Notes under the pieces: generated by a model
Databases searched by the model: none
What the model saw: the letters and a program-made list of their open reading frames with translations, nothing else
Told to the model about the DNA's origin: nothing
Shown: positions 9,765 to 16,569 of the stretch, in pieces
How the letters are laid out: each line of letters starts with the position of its first letter
Numbering within the stretch: the first letter of the stretch is position 1
Translations under genes and position numbers: made by a program
DNA from: an uncultured Lentisphaeria bacterium
GTDB lineage: Bacteria; Verrucomicrobiota; Lentisphaeria; JABSQK01; JAJFLO01
NCBI GenBank assembly: GCA_951812855.1
Contig: OX638337.1
Coordinates: forward strand, 810,001-842,000
Reading direction: 5' to 3'
DNA length: 32,000 nucleotides

Positions 9765-10009
9765 AATGACGTCCTTTAATAAAATTTATTCAAATTAATA
9801 CATATAAACTGGTTCAATTCTTCTATAAGAACCAGCTGCCAAAAGTAAATATTTTCGGGGAAAAACACGACATAAATAAAAAACCAATCATACTATCTGT
9901 CTGCCTGGTTATGATATATTGATTACATCTAATTGATTTTCAAGTATCAACAACAAAATACAACGGGGGTGTAAACAAACCATCCGGAGAAAATGCCGAA
10001 AATTTTACA

Positions 10010-10261
10010 GTGAAACAAACAGTGATCAAAGAATCATCTGCCAAAAAAGAAGCAAATGTACCCGAAGGTTATTCATTTCGACTCCCCTCAAAAAACAAAT
10101 GGGAAACATTAGCACGATCAAACAATAAAAAACTCTGTTATAATTTTGTCATAATACAGACACCGTTTATACTCAATTCAATAGGCTTGCCATACCCGCT
10201 TCACAGCTTAATTTCCCCCACGGTTATACCAGAGTCCTACTCTATAATTTTGACATTCTAA
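10010..10261 (+). pseudogene. Probable relic of an FGE/SUMF1-type (formylglycine-generating-enzyme-like) domain
   Basis: The ORF contains PEGYSFRLPSKNKWETLARS, which fits the family signature [YF]RLP[ST]xxxWExxAR. It parallels GEYYSFPSEKEWEIAARG in the FGE-like gene at 31125-31832. The rest of the domain is absent and the downstream residues look like noise. Confidence 0.3.
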
Positions 10262-10271
10262 TCGATGCTTC

Positions 10272-10300
10272 GGAACTGTCTACATATTTAAATCTCTAAA
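10272..10300 (+). promoter_or_regulatory. ECF/sigma-E-like promoter candidate upstream of htrA
   Basis: GGAACTG (10272-10278), a 16-nt spacer, then TCTAAA (10295-10300). Compare the E. coli sigma-E consensus GGAACTT-N16-TCnaA, which drives degP/htrA. It lies about 77 nt upstream of the htrA ATG, which has a strong SD AAGGAG at 10363-10368. Confidence 0.3.
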
Positions 10301-10376
10301 TACTGTGTTTCCTGATACAAAAAAAATTCTTTTTCAAGAAATAACGTAATCATCTAAAAATACCAAGGAGATCAGA

Positions 10377-11903
10377 ATGAAAAATAAGCTGGCACATACA
10401 AAATTATTATACACAATACTTGCGGCAGGTTTCTTCACATTATTGATTATTACCTCAAAAAACTATGCTGTTGAGTGGTGGCCGTTTGGTAAACAAACAG
10501 ATTTGTCACAAGTTCCTGTTCAAATTAACCCTAATCCTGTTTCAGCTGAAATTAAGGCAAATACATCTGTTGCACCGGTAATAAAAACGGCAGCTCCAAG
10601 TGTTGTTAATGTATTTTCAACCAAAATCATCCGCGGTTCGACAGAATTGCAATACATGCCATTTTTTCATGATCCCTTTTTCAGATATTTTTTTGGTGAT
10701 AACCTTAAATCCAGCCCCGGATGGAAACCGAAAAACAGGAATGAACAAAGTTTAGGGTCCGGCGTTATCGTTTCAGGTGACGGATACATTATCACTAATA
10801 ATCATGTTATTGACGGAGCAGATAAGATCCATATTTCATTGAATGACAATGAAAAAGAGTATGAGGCTAAATTAATCGGAGCCGATCCGAAAACAGATAT
10901 TGCACTATTAAAAATTGACGCTGAAAATCTGCCTGCCATCACTTTAACAGACAGTGATCATATTGAAGTTGGTGATTTTGTCGTTGCCATAGGAAATCCA
11001 TTCGGTGTCGGCCAAACAGTTACAAGCGGTATCGTCAGTGCAATTGGACGGGGTAACATTGGAATAACTGATTACGAAGATTTCATCCAAACTGATGCAT
11101 CTATAAATCCGGGAAATTCAGGTGGTGCATTGATTGATGCTGAAGGAAGGTTAATCGGAATTAATACAGCTATACTGAGTCGCTCAGGCGGAAATCAGGG
11201 TATTGGATTTGCAGTGCCGACAAATTTAGTCAAGAGTGTTATGGAAAGGATTTTAAAGCATGGCCGAGTTGTCCGCGGTTTTCTTGGAGTCCAGATTCAG
11301 GATATATCTACAGAGCTGGCTGAAGCATTTAACCTCTCTGACAATAATGGTGCAATAATCGGATATGTCATTCCTGGCAGTGCAGCAGAAGAAACTGGTT
11401 TGGAAAAAGGTGATGTTATTATTGAATTTAAAGGAACGAAAGTCAAAGACACACGACAGTTACGACTAATGGTCGCTCGCACTGCACCTGAAACCAAAAC
11501 CAGAGTAAATGTAATGCGTGATGGGGAAAAAATGGAATTTGACGTTATACTTAAAGAACTTCCCGGAACAGAAATGGCTGGAGATTTTTACAATAGTCAG
11601 CGTGAAAATGACAATAAATTATTATCCGGAATTATTATTGACGATCTAAATCCTCAGATCAGACGACGGTTTAATATACCCTCAGAATTAGAAGGAGCCT
11701 ATGTCAGGGAAATCAAAACTGATGCCGCCGCTTTTACAGAAGGTTTACGAGAGGGTGATGTCATTATTGAAATTGATAGATCCCCCGTAAAAAACGCCGG
11801 TGAAGCCATTAAATTAAGTCGAAAAATCAAAGCGGATTCCGTTCTTCTCTATATTTGGAGTAAAGGCGGGAAGCGATATATAGTAATTAAAAATGACAAA
11901 TAA
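10377..11903 (+). CDS. htrA: Periplasmic serine endoprotease HtrA/DegP/DegQ family (trypsin-like domain plus two PDZ domains)
   Basis: 508 aa with an N-terminal signal/anchor. Catalytic blocks are ITNNHVI, TDIALLKI and GNSGGALID, followed by two PDZ-like regions (GDVIIEFKG..., GDVIIEIDRSPV). Confidence 0.9.
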   Translation: MKNKLAHTKLLYTILAAGFFTLLIITSKNYAVEWWPFGKQTDLSQVPVQINPNPVSAEIKANTSVAPVIKTAAPSVVNVFSTKIIRGSTELQYMPFFHDPFFRYFFGDNLKSSPGWKPKNRNEQSLGSGVIVSGDGYIITNNHVIDGADKIHISLNDNEKEYEAKLIGADPKTDIALLKIDAENLPAITLTDSDHIEVGDFVVAIGNPFGVGQTVTSGIVSAIGRGNIGITDYEDFIQTDASINPGNSGGALIDAEGRLIGINTAILSRSGGNQGIGFAVPTNLVKSVMERILKHGRVVRGFLGVQIQDISTELAEAFNLSDNNGAIIGYVIPGSAAEETGLEKGDVIIEFKGTKVKDTRQLRLMVARTAPETKTRVNVMRDGEKMEFDVILKELPGTEMAGDFYNSQRENDNKLLSGIIIDDLNPQIRRRFNIPSELEGAYVREIKTDAAAFTEGLREGDVIIEIDRSPVKNAGEAIKLSRKIKADSVLLYIWSKGGKRYIVIKNDK

Positions 11904-12003
11904 AAGAATCATTGCTCCCGATTACAAAATTTAAGACATCCTTTTCGTCATCAGTTTAAATATATCAACTCCCACAAATATAGAAGTAATAGATTACGAA
12001 AAA

Positions 12004-12905
12004 ATTCGAATTGGAATCGATCTGGGAGGGACAAAAACTGAAATTATTGTCCTTGATAATCAACATAATATTATCGAAAGAAAACGATCACCTACACCTG
12101 CAAAGAGTTATCGTGATGTTATTGCTGAAATAAAACTACTTGTCGATTCATGTATTGAACATATCTCCTGTGATTATACCATTGGCATTGGTATTCCCGG
12201 AGTTGTATCCTCGAGTACCGGGTTAGGTTAGTAAAAAATGCAAATTTGCAATGTATTATAGGAAGACCTTTAGATAAAGATCTTGAAGCAATTCTTAATA
12301 AACCTGTCAGAATCTCTAATGATGCAAATTGTTTTACTTTATCCGAGGCGGTGGACGGTGCCGGCAAAAATTATTCCACAGTGTTTGGAGTCATTATTGG
12401 AACAGGCACCGGTGGGGGTGTTGTTATAAACAGGAATGTAATTACAGGTCAAAATGCAATCGCGGGAGAATGGGGACACAATCCTCTGCCATGGCCTGAG
12501 CCTCACGAACTTCCGGGACCGAAATGTTATTGCGGAAAATTTGGCTGTATCGAAACCTATTTATCCGGACACGGAATGATACTGGACTATTTTTCAGAAG
12601 CGAACGAAACATTAACACCTCTGGAAATTGTAAATTCAGCGGAAAATAACCATCTGACAGCCCAGGCTGTTTTAACCAGATATATTGATCGGTCAGCAAG
12701 AAGTTTAGCCACAGTAATAAACATTTTGGACCCGGACATTGTTGTACTCGGCGGAGGATTATCAAACATTGATGTTTTATATAACCTGATTCCCAAATCC
12801 TGGAAGCAATATATTTTTTCAGACGAGGTAAACACGTTATTAAAACGAGCTCAATTCGGTGACTCAAGCGGCGTACGAGGTGCCGCGTGGTTATGGAATG
12901 AATAA
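12004..12905 (+). pseudogene. mak: ROK-family fructokinase/mannokinase (Mak-like), disrupted
   Basis: The joined translation IRIGIDLGGTKTEIIVL...GIPGVVSSSTGL / VKNANLQCIIGRPLDKDL...NDANCF...GEWGHNPLPW...CYCGKFGCIETYLSG...GDSSGVRGAAWLW tracks E. coli Mak (MRIGIDLGGTKTEVIAL...[21 protein letters not shown]...GDSSGVRGAAWLW) as I recall it. The reading frame breaks at 12226-12231 (TAG at 12229-12231). The position of the initiator Met is ATT (12004-12006), and there is no in-frame ATG/GTG/TTG back to the upstream stop at 11956. Confidence 0.8.
12221..12230 (+). repeat. Perfect 5-bp tandem duplication GGTTA-GGTTA causing the mak frameshift
   Basis: 12221-12225 and 12226-12230 are both GGTTA. Deleting one copy gives ACC GGG TTA GTA AAA AAT GCA AAT = TGLVKNAN and joins the two halves in frame. 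Confidence 0.9.
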
Positions 12906-12943
12906 AAATAACTCATTAATAAAATTATATTGGAAAATTAATA

Positions 12944-13484
12944 ATGTTTTCAGAAAATCAGTATATAGAATCAATCAGGCTTGAAACAAATATTTGCAAA
13001 CATTTACATTCGAAGACCTCAGTAGAAATTCCGGATTACAGACCAACAGAGAACCAACGGTCTGTAATTGAATTATTACAATATTTAACGACTTGTGTAC
13101 AACCCCCCATGCCGAAGTCTGATTTCCAGCGACTGGTCGAAGATCCCCAGGGATCTCGAAAAAGTTAAAGACATCAGTTTTGATGATTTCCCCCGTGCAA
13201 TGAACTCCCGGGTAAACGAAATGGAAGCCTTACTCAGCGATTTATCTGAAGCTGATTATAACTCTAAAATGGCAATGCTTCCAAACCGACAGGAAATCAT
13301 ATTAGGTTCTGCTTTGGTAAACTTCCCACTTAAGTTTATAACTGCCTGTCGGATGCAGTTATTTTTATATCTCAAAGAAAACGGTCAAAGCATATTAAAT
13401 ACAATGAATTGCTGGTTCGGACTTGATGCCCAATATCGAAATCAATTAATTATTTTGCGTATTCTATTGAACGTGTTTCCCTGA
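12944..13484 (+). pseudogene. DinB-like (four-helix-bundle family, tentative) gene split by a +1 frameshift
   Basis: ORF 12944..13168 (...YRPTENQRSVIELLQYLTTC...) and ORF 13095..13484 (...ITACRMQLFLYLKENGQSILNTMNCWFGLD) read like the N- and C-terminal halves of one roughly 175-aa protein. Both frames are open across 13089-13165, which contains a C6 run (13103-13108). Reading it as C5 gives ...LQYLTTCVQPPCRSLISSDW... Confidence 0.45.
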
Positions 13485-14991
13485 TGACGCAGACCTTTAT
13501 TTGGCCGGGATATTGCATTTCTGATTCTATTTTTTTAACAATATCCCGTGACAGACACAATGCTTCGTTTTCTGGTATTTTCTCTGGTTCCACGATGATT
13601 CTTAATTCCCGCCCGGCCTGAACAGCATAGCAACTTTCAACACCTTTGAACTTATTACCTATTTCCTCTAACTGTTCTAATCGTTTTATATAAAACTCAT
13701 CTGTTTCCGACCTGGCACCGGGCCGACTTGCACTCATTGCATCACAAACACTTACTAATGCAGCTAATGGTGTTTCTGCCGGGATTTCGCCGTGGTGGCA
13801 CCCAACCCCGTTTAAGACTTCAGGATCTTCGCCTGCACGCTTTAAAAAATCACGCCCAATAATAGCATGGGGTCCTTCTATATCACTATCCAGAGCTTTC
13901 CCGATATCATGAAGCAGACCCATCCGTTTTGCTCTTTCAATATTCAGCCCGAGTTCAGCAGCAATAACAGCCATAAATTTTCCTACTTCTATCGAATGTT
14001 TCAACACATTTTGTGAATAACTGTATCGAAATTTCAGCTTCCCTAAAACTTCAATTACCTGGGGAGCAAGTCCTGCAATCTGCAATTCATGTGCAGCATT
14101 TTCTCCAGCAGTAATTATTTCAGTCTCAATTTCTCCTTTAGCATTTTCAACAACGTCTTCTACCCGCGTAGGATGGATACGCCCATCTTCTACAAGCCGT
14201 TCCAATGCTATTCTGGCTATCGCAAGTCGTTTAGGGTCAAAGCATGTAATAACGACTGCTGACGGGGTGTCGTCTATCAATAAGTTCACCCCTGTCTCTG
14301 CTTCAAAAACCCGAATATTTCGTCCTTCTCTACCTATGATTCGACCTTTCATATCGTCAGACAGTAATGGAACGGTTGCTGTTGTACGTTCGTGAGCACA
14401 CTGTCCGGAAAATCGCTGCATTGCCTGAACAATCAGCTTTTGAGATTCTTTTTTACACTGCTGCTTAATTTCATCAATCGTTTTTCTAATAAGTGTCCCG
14501 CGTTCATTTACTAATTCATTTTCCAGTTTCTGCATTAATTTTACTCGAGCCTGATCTCGGGTTGTCATGGAAATCTCTTCAAGTTGAACAATTTCTTTTT
14601 TGAGTATCTCGTCAAGTTCATCAATTTTTGACTGCAGCTTATTTTCCGTGCCTTTGATTTGGTCTTCTCTGGTTTTAATCTCAGTTTCCATATTTTGAAC
14701 TAAATTCATCTTTCGTTCAATGTTGATTTCTCGTTCGTTTAACCGTTTCTCATGATCCTGTAAATCATCTCGCTTATCTTTTGTAGACCGATCAAAATCT
14801 TCCCGGATTTTAATCAATTGCTCTTTTGATTTTAATTCTGCTTCTTTAAGAATTTTTTCAGCTTCTGCTTCAGCAGAAAGTCTTATATTACGACCTGTCT
14901 GCTCTGATGACCTGCCAAATAATATGGACAATATCCGACTAAGTATTATACCGGCGATTAATCCAGAAATAACTAGTAATATTTTCATCAT
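13450..14991 (-). CDS. rny: Ribonuclease Y
   Basis: 513 aa with an N-terminal membrane anchor (MMKILLVISGLIAGIIL), a long coiled-coil, the KH domain motif GRIIGREGRNIR and the HD domain motif LLHDIGK...GCHHGE. SD GAGGA lies upstream of the ATG. Confidence 0.92.
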   Translation of the reverse strand: MMKILLVISGLIAGIILSRILSILFGRSSEQTGRNIRLSAEAEAEKILKEAELKSKEQLIKIREDFDRSTKDKRDDLQDHEKRLNEREINIERKMNLVQNMETEIKTREDQIKGTENKLQSKIDELDEILKKEIVQLEEISMTTRDQARVKLMQKLENELVNERGTLIRKTIDEIKQQCKKESQKLIVQAMQRFSGQCAHERTTATVPLLSDDMKGRIIGREGRNIRVFEAETGVNLLIDDTPSAVVITCFDPKRLAIARIALERLVEDGRIHPTRVEDVVENAKGEIETEIITAGENAAHELQIAGLAPQVIEVLGKLKFRYSYSQNVLKHSIEVGKFMAVIAAELGLNIERAKRMGLLHDIGKALDSDIEGPHAIIGRDFLKRAGEDPEVLNGVGCHHGEIPAETPLAALVSVCDAMSASRPGARSETDEFYIKRLEQLEEIGNKFKGVESCYAVQAGRELRIIVEPEKIPENEALCLSRDIVKKIESEMQYPGQIKVCVIRETRSIEYAK

Positions 14992-15015
14992 ATCGCATCC
15001 TCTTTTTTGATTGAA

Positions 15016-15669
15016 TTATGCATTAAATGCTAAATATCTTTTTTCTGTAATTAGAGAGTCAAGGGAAATATCATGTACAGTTGTTGGTACGGTGTCAGTT
15101 AACTGCCAATCATAGCCAATCCCTATTTTTTGACCACTGTATCGACGAAGAAGTGAATCATAAAAACCTTTCCCTCTTCCGATTCGACCACCAAAAACAT
15201 CGAATGCAATCCCGGGTACGAGCCAGACCAGTTGAGAAAGGTCAAAATCACTTTCTGATGAACTCAAACTCTCTTTAGGTTCAAGTATTCCAAGATGTCC
15301 CGGAATCAAATCTGTTTTTAAATCATTTATTTTAACGATGTTATACTGCTTAATTAAATCATTATATCGCGGGTAATAAACAGGGATTCCCTCCGGCAGA
15401 ACCTGATTTACTAATTTATCCAGCTTTATCTCAAATTGGATCGCAGCATATACAACGATACCGGTTGTTTTTGTAAATATTCTTTCCATGCTCATTATTT
15501 TCCTGCATATAGCAGCACTGGCAGTTTCTATCGTTTCAATAGAAACTGAATGTAAGAGTCTTGTAAATTTTGATCTGACACCAGCTTTAGTATAATGAAT
15601 CATAAGAGTACAAACCTTGTTTGAAGAGAAAACACGTTTTAAATCGGTATTTGGAGTGACAAACTCCAT
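15016..15669 (-). CDS. ygfA: 5-formyltetrahydrofolate cyclo-ligase family protein
   Basis: The C-terminal block LVWLVPGIAFDVFGGRIGRGKGFYDSLL matches the family motif G.RLG.G.G(Y/F)YD. The true start may be the ATG at 15603 (MIHYTKAGVRSKF...), which gives a family-typical length of 195 aa. Confidence 0.8.
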   Translation of the reverse strand: MEFVTPNTDLKRVFSSNKVCTLMIHYTKAGVRSKFTRLLHSVSIETIETASAAICRKIMSMERIFTKTTGIVVYAAIQFEIKLDKLVNQVLPEGIPVYYPRYNDLIKQYNIVKINDLKTDLIPGHLGILEPKESLSSSESDFDLSQLVWLVPGIAFDVFGGRIGRGKGFYDSLLRRYSGQKIGIGYDWQLTDTVPTTVHDISLDSLITEKRYLAFNA

Positions 15670-16068
15670 TTTCCAGAGAACAGATGCCCCGAAAAACAGA
15701 TATATCAGAATGTCGAAATCCGAGAAATTTCAATAATACTGTTGAGAAATGATTTAACGTATGCAGGAAAGTTGCAGGGTAGGCTTCAGACAGAATATAG
15801 CTATTATAACTCGAGTATAATTCCAGAATGTAATTAGCCCGATGAGATCTGAGATAATTATTCTGAGTCCCAAAAACAAGACTGATATAAGGTTGAAACA
15901 TTTTCTAATCTTCCCTATCATAAACTAAACAGCCGGTCAGGGTGATAAGAAGCTTAGAACAAGTGTTTAAAGCAACAAAAGGCAGGTGAGGAAATATTAC
16001 TTATTGTTAAATAATCACACAATTTTTACAAATCAGTTATAGAATAAACCACGTTGATAATCACTATT

Positions 16069-16392
16069 TCAACTGTGCTCAAGTCTATATGAATGATAAC
16101 CGCAGTTTACTGCCCATGCACAGGTTTTATAATTAAACCGTTGAACCGGCATAACCGATTTGTAATAAAAAGTATCCAATTGACATTTTAGGAATGAATT
16201 GCAACAGTCAGTGATTCTTCCGGCTGGCAAGCTTGGCATTTTTAACCGAATTGCTAATTGACTGTCAGTTGCAGGAACAGCCCTTCTTTGAAACAAAATA
16301 ATCCGATCAATAAAATGAAAATACTGATTGGTATGGTCATTCAGAATCAAACAGATACTTAAAAAATAACAACATAACAATAAATAAATCAC
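16069..16392 (-). CDS. Hypothetical small membrane-anchored, Cys-rich protein
   Basis: 107 aa. GTG start preceded by AGAAGGAA with a 4-nt spacer (a plausible SD). Hydrophobic N-terminus MIYLLLCCYFLSICLIL, then a tail with 6 Cys (DCCNSFLKCQ...KTCAWAVNCG). I recognise no family, so it could be non-coding. Confidence 0.35.
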   Translation of the reverse strand: MIYLLLCCYFLSICLILNDHTNQYFHFIDRIILFQRRAVPATDSQLAIRLKMPSLPAGRITDCCNSFLKCQLDTFYYKSVMPVQRFNYKTCAWAVNCGYHSYRLEHS

Positions 16393-16523
16393 AACGTTCC
16401 TTCTGTTACTCTGCAGAATTTGCTTTAGCTTCTAATCATCCGTCCCGACGCATCAGTATTAGCGTTTAGACTTAATTTTACAAAAACATATCCCCTAAGC
16501 TACAACCAAAAGAACAATTCGTA

Positions 16524-16551
16524 AAGTAGATATTTCCCGAAGTAGATATTT
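16524..16551. repeat. 12-bp direct repeat AAGTAGATATTT x2 with 16-bp period
   Basis: Copies at 16524-16535 and 16540-16551 are identical and separated by CCCG. The repeat lies just 3' of the secA stop and about 130-160 nt upstream of the small ORF at 16392 (minus strand). Confidence 0.85.
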
Positions 16552-16569
16552 TGAAATTGCCGTTCTGTT

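Noticed and set aside
15681-15893. Two similar ~33-nt segments about 180 bp apart (minus strand: TTTCAACCTTATATCAGTCTTGTTTTTGGGAC and TTTCGACATTCTGATATATCTGTTTTTCGGGGC)
   Set aside because: Only about 64 percent identity by my hand alignment, mostly through a T-run. They are direct rather than inverted, so they do not form a stem. This is within chance expectation for AT-rich DNA.
15587-15901. 104-aa minus-strand ORF upstream of the cyclo-ligase gene
   Set aside because: Its composition (Y, S, L, N, F rich) is what AT-rich non-coding DNA yields. It has no SD and overlaps the cyclo-ligase start. The same frame is open further upstream apart from one TAG, but nothing protein-like is recognisable.
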